Origin: a virus
Lineage: Duplodnaviria > Caudoviricetes
DNA: 64,000 nt
Reading direction: 5' to 3' (one strand)
IMG/VR virus record: IMGVR_UViG_2974646296_000001
Coordinates: 4,965-68,964 of that record
Shown here: positions 8,465 to 17,358 of the stretch, piece after piece
Numbering within the stretch: the first letter of the stretch is position 1
How the letters are laid out: the number at the start of each line of letters is the position of its first letter
The notes under the pieces: generated by a model
The model's input: the letters and a program-made list of their open reading frames with translations, nothing else
What the model was told of the DNA's origin: nothing
Database searches by the model: none
Made by a program: the position numbers and the translations under genes

Positions 8465-9270
8465 ATGTGAGGCTTCGCCTCTAATGTGATGATTGATTAA
8501 CTAAGATAACTTTGCCTATCGGTTCCATTGGTTCGCAGATAAAAGGTTCCAGCTAAGTAAGCGATTCTTAGGTCTTGGTTAATCACACCCTTCGGGTGTT
8601 AATGTGAAAACATAATCAAGTCTCGTGTTGTGCATGTCACACAGCAAGTAGATGCTGCTAATTGGTCTACAGAGTGAGTGAGAGGCTCACACCTATGGAT
8701 AAGAACGGTAAGGCACAATAACCAATATGATTCTAGAAAGTATTGGGGAAATCCGTGAAGTATAGTTGCAAATATATGAGTGATGGTTCGAGTCCATCTC
8801 TTATCCACTTGTTAACCTAAATGAATTTACACATACAGATTATCTATCTCCTCGATTTCTCATCTGCCATGTCAACGTAGGTAGTCTGTAGTTGTAAATT
8901 CATTTGTTAGTCCTAAGTAAATAAGTGATCTTGGTTCTGTAAAAGGAACCAAGTGATCTTATATTTAAGTATATTTACATCTATATCTGTTCACCTTTGT
9001 CTTTCCAGATGAGAGGCAATGAACCCATTCCAAAAAGAACATTACCAGCCGTAGTGTTTACACTGTTGGTTGAGTGTACAGGGTGGAACCTGCATCGTGA
9101 TTCGGGTATAGACTGTAAATGTATTTTGTAATACCTACCTATTTAACTTTAAACATTATTTATGAACTAAACACCCATATGTAATGCTTACAGAAAATCC
9201 ACTAAGGGTAATATTCTATTAGCTGACACTATATGAATCTTACTGGTAGGTATTACCACATACATTTATT
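8465..9270 (+). ncRNA. Cluster of long stem-loops, candidate structured ncRNA(s)
   Basis: Stems 8495-8506/8573-8584, 8819-8846/8878-8905, 9117-9139/9245-9267; no credible ORF. Confidence 0.55.
8697..8807 (+). ncRNA. tRNA-like RNA with an expanded D-arm region
   Basis: GGATAAGA/TCTTATCC acceptor-like stem, GATGG-TTCGAGT-CCATC T arm, GTATA-GTTGCAAA-TATAT arm; about 55 nt in place of the D arm. Confidence 0.55.
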
Positions 9271-9346
9271 TGAGTGTATGTGAATTAACATTAACTTTTA
9301 TCGTTTAGAAATAAACTGATTTTGATTGAGTTATTCAGTGTTCATT

Positions 9347-9372
9347 GCCCTACGTAAGTAGGGCTATTTTTT
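9347..9372 (+). terminator. Rho-independent terminator
   Basis: GCCCTAC/GTAGGGC stem plus T run. Confidence 0.8.
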
Positions 9373-9387
9373 ATATAGGAGATATAC

Positions 9388-9699
9388 ATGTGCTCTAAAT
9401 GTGGTCAATCAGACTGTCTAGGTATTGAACCAACTTTTGAAGTTACTCAAGCTGAAAAGATTACTCTTATGAAGCTTGGTATTTTGTTAGAGACTGGGAT
9501 GGGTACCAGTATCCCACCTGAAGCGAAGAAATCTTTGATGTTTGTAACTAAAATCATCGAAGGTGTAGTTGCAGGTAAAGCACCATTTGTAACTATTGAG
9601 AAAGAAGATAAAGCATTTGAACTTTATCAAGAATTCATTTCTCAAGATGAAGTAATCCAAGATTTACCTTCATCACCAAACCAACCAATTTTACATTAA
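9388..9699 (+). CDS. Hypothetical protein
   Basis: AGGAG RBS; N-terminal CxxC...C. Confidence 0.65.
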   Translation: MCSKCGQSDCLGIEPTFEVTQAEKITLMKLGILLETGMGTSIPPEAKKSLMFVTKIIEGVVAGKAPFVTIEKEDKAFELYQEFISQDEVIQDLPSSPNQPILH

Positions 9700-9700
9700 T

Positions 9701-10177
9701 ATGGTTAGTCTGTTCTTACTCACAGCAATCCTATTTACACCATGTTCCTTTGCTCTTACACAAGAGTGTAAGGAACTCATGCTTACTATTTCTTCTAATG
9801 ATTTATACGATGAAACAGGCAGTATTACTAATACCTATGACTGCACTACTAAAACAATAGTAGTAGATACCAGTATAGATTTCAGTATCTCATCAGAAGT
9901 CTACAATAGTTATAAAGAGAAATTCTTTGATAATTATTGTTTTAATATGGGTAAGATTTATTACTCATCTACTTACTTACAACAAGCTTGGTTAAAACAT
10001 ACTTACTCCACAATCATCTATGTTATTAGACATCCACTTGTTCCAAGGACTGTTTATAACATCAGTTATGATGATTGCATTGCTAAGATTGAACCAAACT
10101 TAATTGATTTATCCGCTGATGAATTTGAACGGATAAAGCAAGTACAACAATTAAAATACAAAGCCAGCAGTCAGTAA
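9701..10177 (+). CDS. Putative secreted/periplasmic protein
   Basis: Signal-peptide-like start ending SFA; several cysteines. Confidence 0.55.
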   Translation: MVSLFLLTAILFTPCSFALTQECKELMLTISSNDLYDETGSITNTYDCTTKTIVVDTSIDFSISSEVYNSYKEKFFDNYCFNMGKIYYSSTYLQQAWLKHTYSTIIYVIRHPLVPRTVYNISYDDCIAKIEPNLIDLSADEFERIKQVQQLKYKASSQ

Positions 10178-10180
10178 TTT

Positions 10181-10430
10181 GAGGCGTGTATGGCGCATGA
10201 AAGATGGTGTCCCAGCTAAACCGTGGTAACCCATGCCTATAGTTTCGAGGAAGCACTTGACCAAGAGGTTTACACGTTGAGGTGTAAATACGTGGTTTCC
10301 CTACTTGGTTCGTTGAAGGGGTGTAATAACGGATAGCAGTAAGTGAACCCTTCCTCCTATTGGGGTGCGAGCTTACCGTAAATCCTACGCTACAGGATAG
10401 AATAGTCTCCTAGAGACTATTCTTAAGTTT
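10181..10430 (+). ncRNA. Candidate structured ncRNA
   Basis: GC-richer intergenic stretch with several stems (AGGCGTG/CATGCCT, GTTTACAC/GTGTAAAT, GAAGGG/CCCTTC, AATAGTCTC/GAGACTATT). Confidence 0.4.
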
Positions 10431-10489
10431 ATTATTAATAGATTTAAGTGTAGTCTCTAGAGTCTTTGTATAAGTGTATGGAGATTATT

Positions 10490-10630
10490 ATGAAAGCTTG
10501 GTATGAGAAAATGGTAAACCAAAAGAAAGAAGAATATCAGAAGTTGTTAGATGAGGGTAAAACCGATGAAGCAATGAAAGTATTCACTGAAATGGAAGAT
10601 TATCAGAAACTCTTAAACAAATATTCATAA
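10490..10630 (+). CDS. Small helical protein (46 aa)
   Basis: Hand-translated; GGAG RBS; internal repeat EYQKLL/DYQKLL. Confidence 0.65.
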   Translation: MKAWYEKMVNQKKEEYQKLLDEGKTDEAMKVFTEMEDYQKLLNKYS

Positions 10631-10637
10631 TGTTTAT

Positions 10638-10664
10638 TAGCCTCTTCGGAGGCTATTTTTATTT
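10638..10664 (+). terminator. Rho-independent terminator
   Basis: TAGCCTC-TTCG-GAGGCTA plus T run. Confidence 0.85.
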
Positions 10665-10676
10665 GGAGAACTAAAG

Positions 10677-11132
10677 TTGAAATATGTAACTAATCTAGAT
10701 GCAGATTCAATTGTAGATATGCGAGATAACCGAGGATATACATGGGAAGTAATTTCACTGTTAATGGGTTATTCCACATCTACTTGCCAGCATCACTACA
10801 ATAAACGTAAGTATGATAATCATAAGTACTTTGGTGATTTTCTACCTTACTTAAAAGAGTACGAGTTTAAAAGTGATAACACAATTCATCATGTTACTGA
10901 AGCTTATGAATTAGCTAAGTCACTTGGTTTAAAAATGTCTAGGAGACAATTCAGATTAAACCTAATTAAACATAGAATTCCGATTGGTAATATTGCTACG
11001 AATTTACGTATGGAAGAGTTACAACAGTTAATCAACACAGCCAATGAACCATTAGATAGTCTAGTTAATAAAGTATTTCATGATTACTCTTATCAGCGTA
11101 GACGTTCTTTAATTAGGAAATTATCTAAATGA
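10677..11132 (+). CDS. Hypothetical protein, possibly HTH-containing
   Basis: GYTWEVISLLMGYSTSTCQHHY resembles a helix-turn-helix. Confidence 0.5.
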   Translation: MKYVTNLDADSIVDMRDNRGYTWEVISLLMGYSTSTCQHHYNKRKYDNHKYFGDFLPYLKEYEFKSDNTIHHVTEAYELAKSLGLKMSRRQFRLNLIKHRIPIGNIATNLRMEELQQLINTANEPLDSLVNKVFHDYSYQRRRSLIRKLSK

Positions 11133-11422
11133 ATACAGACTATATTGAAACCAAGAATACTGAGTTTCATTCTAAGCACTATGAAACACAAGGTATCGAA
11201 CCAATTGAATACATTAGTAGTAATAAACTAGATTTCAACCGTGGTTCTATCGTTAAGTATGCTCATCGAGCTGGTGATAAAGCAGGTCAAGAAGTCTTAG
11301 ATATTAAAAAGATTATTGACTATGCGATGCTACTAGGATTTCAAGAAGGTATTCAAATTAACCGGGAAGATATTATTCAACTGGTTAATTACAGATTTGA
11401 TTGGATTGAAAAGAGAAAGTAA
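11129..11422 (+). CDS. DUF3310-like phage protein
   Basis: HYETQGIEPIEYI...FNRGSIVKYAHRAGDK. Confidence 0.8.
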   Translation: MNTDYIETKNTEFHSKHYETQGIEPIEYISSNKLDFNRGSIVKYAHRAGDKAGQEVLDIKKIIDYAMLLGFQEGIQINREDIIQLVNYRFDWIEKRK

Positions 11423-11424
11423 CT

Positions 11425-11607
11425 ATGTACTTTAATGTTGAATATTCTAAACATGCTAATGGTTTTGTACCTTCTTGTGTAGATATGAATAAATTAGCTA
11501 GACGTTTCAATCAAGAAACTAAGAAGCTTCTTTCAGAAGCTAATGTGAAAACTAAAGTATTCATTCGTAAAAGACCTGCGAAAGATTACTTCCCTATTAT
11601 TACGTAA
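11425..11607 (+). CDS. Hypothetical protein
   Basis: ORF track; operon-like packing. Confidence 0.55.
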   Translation: MYFNVEYSKHANGFVPSCVDMNKLARRFNQETKKLLSEANVKTKVFIRKRPAKDYFPIIT

Positions 11608-11620
11608 TAAAGGAAATACA

Positions 11621-12262
11621 ATGTCTAAAATTAATTGGGATAATGCACCAGAAGGTACAACTCATGCACATTCTCAAACCGGTATGTTTTACAAAGTAGA
11701 AGGTACTACTGTACTTGTCTATGGTGAAAATGGTTGGGGTAAATCACGAGTTCAAGCTGGTGCTTCTACTCTTGTGGAAATTCCTAAACAATCTGAACCA
11801 ATGGTTAAAACTATTAAAACTTCTTCTAAAGAAGATTTGATTCGTCAGTTGAAAGCTATTGGTTTGCCTTCTGAGCTAATCCAAGCAATGGTAGGTATGG
11901 GTGAAGAAGATGAAGAACCAACTTCTCACCATGTACGTGCTCCTGAATCTATTTCAGAAAAAGAAGCAGAAACGGTAACTAACCATTTAGAAATTGCTTT
12001 CAATGCTCTACCTAAGTTTGGTGGTGCTAATGAAGAAACCAAAGATGTACTAATTGATTTTGGTGTAGATTTGGTTCGTGAACTGTGGGCAATGGGTTGG
12101 GAACCAAAACAACCTAAGAAATCAATGAATGACGATGAACTTGCTGAGGTCATCAAACAAGTATCTGAATTGTTGATTCGTAAAACTAACGCACCTGTTA
12201 AAGCTACACTAGGTAGTGTTACTTTTATCCTAGCTGCACTACGTGAACTAGGTCATATCTAA
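11621..12262 (+). CDS. Hypothetical protein
   Basis: AAGGA RBS; INWDNAPEGTTH start is a common phage motif. Confidence 0.7.
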   Translation: MSKINWDNAPEGTTHAHSQTGMFYKVEGTTVLVYGENGWGKSRVQAGASTLVEIPKQSEPMVKTIKTSSKEDLIRQLKAIGLPSELIQAMVGMGEEDEEPTSHHVRAPESISEKEAETVTNHLEIAFNALPKFGGANEETKDVLIDFGVDLVRELWAMGWEPKQPKKSMNDDELAEVIKQVSELLIRKTNAPVKATLGSVTFILAALRELGHI

Positions 12263-12274
12263 GTACAAATTAAA

Positions 12275-12305
12275 AGGGAACCAATTAGGTTCCCTATTTT
12301 TATTT
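12275..12305 (+). terminator. Rho-independent terminator
   Basis: AGGGAACC/GGTTCCCT plus ATTTTTATTT. Confidence 0.8.
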
Positions 12306-12322
12306 CAAATAGGAACTACAAA

Positions 12323-12778
12323 ATGATATTCAAATTAAAAAATAAATTATGGAACCAAGTATACGAAACTGTAATTGATAAAACTCCTACCCAATCTATA
12401 GTAATACTTACTGGTTCACCTTTCATGCAACACCCTCCACTAGTTAACTGGAGATGTCACCATAACTCTGCTTGGTATTTAAAGAATAATGAAAATGTAG
12501 TAGCAGTTGCTAAAGGATTTTACATTGATACTAGTGGTAATAACCCAATAGCTCACTTTGTATGTTTAGATTCTTTAGGTAACTGGTTCGACCCAACATT
12601 ACCATTGGAATTTATTAAAGATAAAAAGTTCTACATTCACACAGTCTTTAAATCCGCAGAACACTTTAATAGCAAGAATGCTTCTGAACACTTAATTCAA
12701 ATGAAGTATACTATGTATAACACTTTAAGTAAGTATCAGAAATTACTCTTGGTTCAACACAAAGAAGATAACTTCTAG
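12323..12778 (+). CDS. Hypothetical protein
   Basis: RCHHNSAW...AHFVCLDSLGNWFDPT; possible Cys-His-Asp fold, unverified. Confidence 0.6.
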   Translation: MIFKLKNKLWNQVYETVIDKTPTQSIVILTGSPFMQHPPLVNWRCHHNSAWYLKNNENVVAVAKGFYIDTSGNNPIAHFVCLDSLGNWFDPTLPLEFIKDKKFYIHTVFKSAEHFNSKNASEHLIQMKYTMYNTLSKYQKLLLVQHKEDNF

Positions 12779-12782
12779 AAAT

Positions 12783-12816
12783 AAATAGGTCACTTAATTG
12801 TGACCTATTTTTATTT
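12783..12816 (+). terminator. Rho-independent terminator
   Basis: AAATAGGTCAC/GTGACCTATTT plus T run. Confidence 0.8.
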
Positions 12817-13225
12817 ACGCTATGTAAATATATGCTGCTACTAGAGGACTTGATATTAACATCAGACTAATAGCATAGATTAAATTAAACATATTATCTC
12901 TCCTTGATAATTAGTTTACAGTAAACATTGAAACAATAACTCCTGCACTAGATGGATGTATCTCAAAAGAATATGTAAGGTTATCCCCTGCGGTTGTGTA
13001 GGACACTTCAATAGGTGATGTTAGTGTTATACCCAACATAAATAACATTAAGGAAATACAACCCTTCGGGTTGTTAGGCGGTTTACTAGAAGTGAACTAC
13101 CCATATTGTATTTATGCGCTTCCTTTGCATCTAAACAATTATCTAACCATAACTTTTAAAGTCAACTTCGTTGACTCATTCGAAAATCTTTTATTTAACT
13201 TAATTAAACTTATTGGAGAACATAC

Positions 13226-16021
13226 ATGTCCCTTAATCGCGTAACACTGAAACAAGCTGAAAAATATGCAAAAGCAGTTATCCAAGCTAAACGAGTACCT
13301 TATGTGGCAGGTAGTCCCGGTGTTTAAGATTTAAAGACACCTTTTATCGTAAGATATCAAAATAAATCCCTTGAATTGCTGGAAACTCTCTAAGGCAGTA
13401 AAACTACAATAACTAAGAAATTGGTTATGAATGTTTAAAAATTTACTGTTATGTGACAATCAGCAGCGAAGCACCTAAGGACAGTCGAGATGATTGACTA
13501 TGGTGAACGTTCAACGACTATTCCGAAAGGAAGTACAACTCAAGTGAGTTGGAAGCGGGGGAGTCCTTGACTTTCCTTTTTAGGTCAGCCTATTATACGG
13601 TTAACCTAAGGGGGAAAGTTATGCATGAAATATATTTACCAATTCCAGAATTTGAAAACTATGAAGTTTCTAATTTTGGTAATGTCCGTTCAACTAAAAG
13701 AACTAAACCAATTCTATTAAAACCAGATGTAACTAATCATCAACACACTCAATATGCAAGAGTAACCTTAAGTAAAGAAGGTATTACTTATCGCATAGCT
13801 GTTCATAGATTAGTTGCTAAAGTGTTTATTCCCAATCCCCATAACAAACCGCATGTTAATCACATAGATAACAACGGTATAAATAATCATGTATCTAACT
13901 TGGAATGGTGTACTCATGTTGAAAACATGCAGCACTCTGCAAAACAAGGTAGACAAGATTTAGCACGTAAGCTTGGTTGTGAAGCTGCAAGTGCAAAGTG
14001 CGAGTTGGAAATGAACCAAAGATTTAAAATAGAAATGGGCGATAGGTTTATTAAATCAGAAACTGAAGGTAACCGTAGATATGTTACTTATGTTTGCAAG
14101 TTTTGTAGATACACTTATAAAACTCGTTCAGATTTAATGCCTATAAAAAGACATGGTATTTGTAACTCTTGTGCTAAGGAACAAGATATAGTCTAGCCTA
14201 TACAGAGATGTATAGCTGCATGTAATGATGCGGGGGAAGTGTAACGAACTTCCCTGAATATTCGGGTAAATCTAAAATGTTTGAAGCTATTGCGCGCCAA
14301 GCAAATCTAAAAATGGTAGATATTCGCCTAGCTCAAGAAGACCCAACTACCATTAATGGCTTTCCCACTCTAGATGGTGGTCGTTCTCGTTATCTACCTC
14401 CTGCACTATTTCCATTGAAAGGTGATTCACTACCTGTTAAAGAAGGTATGGAAGCACAATACAAACAAATGGTTGATGCAGCACAAGGTGATAAAACCAA
14501 ACTGAAGCAAGCTGTAGAAACTTGCTGTTATTCTGGTTGGTTAATCTTCTTTGATGAATTACCTTCTGCACCTCGTTCAGTTCAAGCTGCTGCTTAATTG
14601 TAGGCATTCATACCAGTAATGGTATGTCTAAAATTACCTAAAACGGGGAACCCCTAAAACCTTATTGATAGTTGTTAGACAATATGTCAAAATGTCTAAA
14701 CACTATTATATAAGGATATTACAATGGGCAATCCGTTAGTAAAGAATTTAGTTTTACCTATCAACGAACATATTACTTATACAGTGGATTTTGGGGGGAA
14801 TGTGTACTCGCACAAACCAAGCGGAATTAAACTATTAAGTAAATATAAACATAAAGCGAGAGGAGATAAGTTATACGAAGGCGTAAGGGCCGGTAGTAAA
14901 ACATATCTAGTACATCGTTTAATGATAGCAGCAAAGCTCGGAAGAATGTTAAAACCTTCCGAGCAAGTGAACCATATAAATGGAAATACACAAGATAACC
15001 GTATGTGTAATCTTGAATTAGTAACCCACGCGCAGAATGTACAACATGCTGTAGCAAATAATTTATATTGTTCAGGCGAAGCTTGGCATAAAGCTCGCTC
15101 TAAAAACTAAAAGAAAAACTCCAACGACTATCCCTCGGCACACAGCTTAAAATATGTGCAATAGGAGTACGGCCCAAGTATATGGGGTGGGTGAAAATCC
15201 CTTAAATGGAAATGGTAATCTTCCTTAATGGAAGTTGATATAGTCTGCTCTACATGGTGACATGTAGCTGTGATTTATTCACGGGGAGAGTGTTACGAAC
15301 TCTCCTGAACATAGGGTATAAGATTATTCTTGACCGTTTGATTGGCAATACTCCATTACATGATCGTTGTTACCTAGCAGCCGCAGGTAACCTTGCTACT
15401 GATAATGCAATCGTAAATGAAATTGGTACTGCACTGCGTTCACGTATGGTACATATCCATGTTGAATCTAACCCAGATGATTACATCAAACTGGCTTCTA
15501 AACTAGGTGTAGATACTCGTATTATATCTTACTTGGCTTATAAGAAGGATGTAGTAAACAACTTCGATAAGTTTAACTCTGGTTCGGCAGATGAAACGTT
15601 TGCTTGTGAACGTACTTGGGAATTTGCCTCAGATATTCTTAAATGTATTTCATCAAACCAAGCATCCCCAATTGATGATGAGTGGGCAGACCTACTAGCA
15701 GGTACTGTGGGTTCAGTTGCTTATGAATTTGTTACCTTTACCCATGCATTTAAAGATCTCCCAACTATTGAAGAGATTCTTAAAAATCCAACTACAGCAA
15801 TGATTCCAGATAAACCCGCAGTTCGTTGGTTGCTTACTGGTATGCTTGTAGGCCATGCAAAGATGGATAACATTGATGTATTGATGGATTACATTAACCG
15901 CCTACCTAAAGAGTTTATCTTTGTAGCAGTTAAAATGCTTTGGGGTAAAGCTGATGAGTTCCTAAGCAATCCGAAAGTTGAAGCAGCATTCTCTGAAATT
16001 GGTGACCTACTTCTAGGTTAA
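13226..16021 (+). CDS. MoxR-like AAA+ ATPase (N4 gp24-like), three exons: 13226-13324, 14265-14594, 15317-16021 (about 377 aa)
   Basis: Joining restores Walker A GSPGV|GKS and FFDELPSAPRSVQAAA|YKIILDR; all exons stay in frame. Confidence 0.9.
13325..14264 (+). mobile_element. Group I intron 1 in the AAA ATPase (inside Walker A)
   Basis: P1 GGUGUU/GACACC with U-G at the splice site; AATTGCTGGAAA, AATCAGCAG, GTTCAACGACTA, AAGATATAGTCT core elements; terminal G14264. Confidence 0.9.
13621..14196 (+). CDS. Intron-encoded NUMOD4-HNH homing endonuclease
   Basis: YEVSNFGNVRS; HRLVA...VNHIDNNGINNHVSNLEW; C-terminal CxxC pairs. Confidence 0.92.
   Translation: MHEIYLPIPEFENYEVSNFGNVRSTKRTKPILLKPDVTNHQHTQYARVTLSKEGITYRIAVHRLVAKVFIPNPHNKPHVNHIDNNGINNHVSNLEWCTHVENMQHSAKQGRQDLARKLGCEAASAKCELEMNQRFKIEMGDRFIKSETEGNRRYVTYVCKFCRYTYKTRSDLMPIKRHGICNSCAKEQDIV
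14595..15316 (+). mobile_element. Group I intron 2 in the AAA ATPase
   Basis: P1 UGCU/GGCA with U-G; AAACGGGGAACC, AATCCGTTAG, TCCAACGACTA, GATATAGTCT; terminal G15316. Confidence 0.88.
14724..15110 (+). CDS. Intron-encoded HNH endonuclease (short)
   Basis: LVHRLM...VNHINGNTQDNRMCNLELVT. Confidence 0.9.
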   Translation: MGNPLVKNLVLPINEHITYTVDFGGNVYSHKPSGIKLLSKYKHKARGDKLYEGVRAGSKTYLVHRLMIAAKLGRMLKPSEQVNHINGNTQDNRMCNLELVTHAQNVQHAVANNLYCSGEAWHKARSKN

Positions 16022-16077
16022 TTTATCTCTATTGGTTCCCTCAATGCAGGGAACCTTTCTTTTATTAGGAGTCTATA

Positions 16078-17307
16078 ATGGAATTCGATACTGAGCTTCT
16101 AAAGGCAGTAGAATTAAAAATCTCTAAGAATATTATGCAGCTCATGCGTACCAGTCATAATGCTTTCATTGTGAATATTCTTTTAAATATGCATCGTGAA
16201 CCAACAAGTAAAGTAGAAGCAATGGAATTAGCTGGTATTACTTTACGTTTCAATCCTCAATTCATTGTTGAAAGTTCTGATACAGATATTCGATTCTCTT
16301 TACTACACGAAGCTTGGCATATTCCATTCTTTGATGTGATTCGTGGTAAAGGAAAAGAAGCTGATATTTGGAACCAAGCTTGTGACCATTACAACAACTT
16401 GATGATTCAAGATGATAAATCAAATGGTGTAACATTACCTGATTGGGCTACTTGTAATAAGCAATTTAAAGGTAAAGAGAAAGATGATATTTACCAATAC
16501 TTATTACAACAGCAACAGAATGGTGGTGGTAACCAGAACCAAGAAGATAAACTATCTGGTGACTTAGGCGGTGGTAAACCTCAGCAGGGTGAAGGTGATG
16601 AAGATGGTAATGGGGATAGTGATTCTCAGAACCAAGGTAATCAACCACAAATGTCTGAAGCAGAATACCAACAGCTACAGAAGCAAATGGAAAGTATGGT
16701 TCAGCAATCTGCTATGCAAGCTAAAATGGCAGGTGGTCAAGTACCAGCACATATCCAAAATTGGTTAGAGGATTTGTATAATCCTAAGTTACCTTGGCAT
16801 CGTATTCTTCAGAAGTATATGAATGATTACTCTACTGAAGATTATTCTTATCAAAAAGTTAATCGTAAGTTCTTCCCACATGGAATTATCTTACCAACTA
16901 CTTTCAGTGAAGGTTTAGGTAAGATTGCTATCGCCAATGATGAATCATGTTCTGTAAGTGATGAAGAGTTTAAAACTTATCTAGGAGCTATCAAAGATAT
17001 CAAAGATAAGCTTAACCCTGAATCTATGGAAATTTTAGCTTTCACTACTCAGATTACGAAAACATTCTTAATTGATCGTGATGCTGATATTGATAAAATT
17101 AAGTTCCGTGGTCACGGTGGTACTCATATTCCTTGTGTATTTGAATACTACGAAAAGCAACCAGTTAAACCACAAGTACTGATTATCTTCTCTGATATGG
17201 AATCTGCATTACCTACTAAGAAACCAAGCTTTGATACTATTTGGATTGCTGTTAACAATAAACGATTCAAACCTCCATTTGGTCGAGCTATCCATATTGA
17301 AGTTTAA
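16078..17307 (+). CDS. Metallopeptidase-like/vWA domain protein (N4 gp25-like)
   Basis: LLHEAWH, Q/G/D-rich linker, LPW, DESCS MIDAS-like motif, GHGGT, FSDM. Confidence 0.88.
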   Translation: MEFDTELLKAVELKISKNIMQLMRTSHNAFIVNILLNMHREPTSKVEAMELAGITLRFNPQFIVESSDTDIRFSLLHEAWHIPFFDVIRGKGKEADIWNQACDHYNNLMIQDDKSNGVTLPDWATCNKQFKGKEKDDIYQYLLQQQQNGGGNQNQEDKLSGDLGGGKPQQGEGDEDGNGDSDSQNQGNQPQMSEAEYQQLQKQMESMVQQSAMQAKMAGGQVPAHIQNWLEDLYNPKLPWHRILQKYMNDYSTEDYSYQKVNRKFFPHGIILPTTFSEGLGKIAIANDESCSVSDEEFKTYLGAIKDIKDKLNPESMEILAFTTQITKTFLIDRDADIDKIKFRGHGGTHIPCVFEYYEKQPVKPQVLIIFSDMESALPTKKPSFDTIWIAVNNKRFKPPFGRAIHIEV

Positions 17308-17312
17308 TTTAG

Positions 17313-17346
17313 ATAGGGTGAACTTAGGTTTACCCTATTTTTATTT
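17313..17346 (+). terminator. Rho-independent terminator
   Basis: ATAGGGTGAAC/GTTTACCCTAT plus T run. Confidence 0.8.
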
Positions 17347-17358
17347 GAGAGATAGTCT

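Noticed and set aside
8722-8746. Amber suppressor anticodon loop (TTCTAGA)
   Set aside because: Flanking bases do not form a 5-bp anticodon stem, and the premature stops seen are TAA, not TAG.
8599-8808. 69-aa minus-strand ORF
   Set aside because: No RBS; it is antisense to a structured tRNA-like region.
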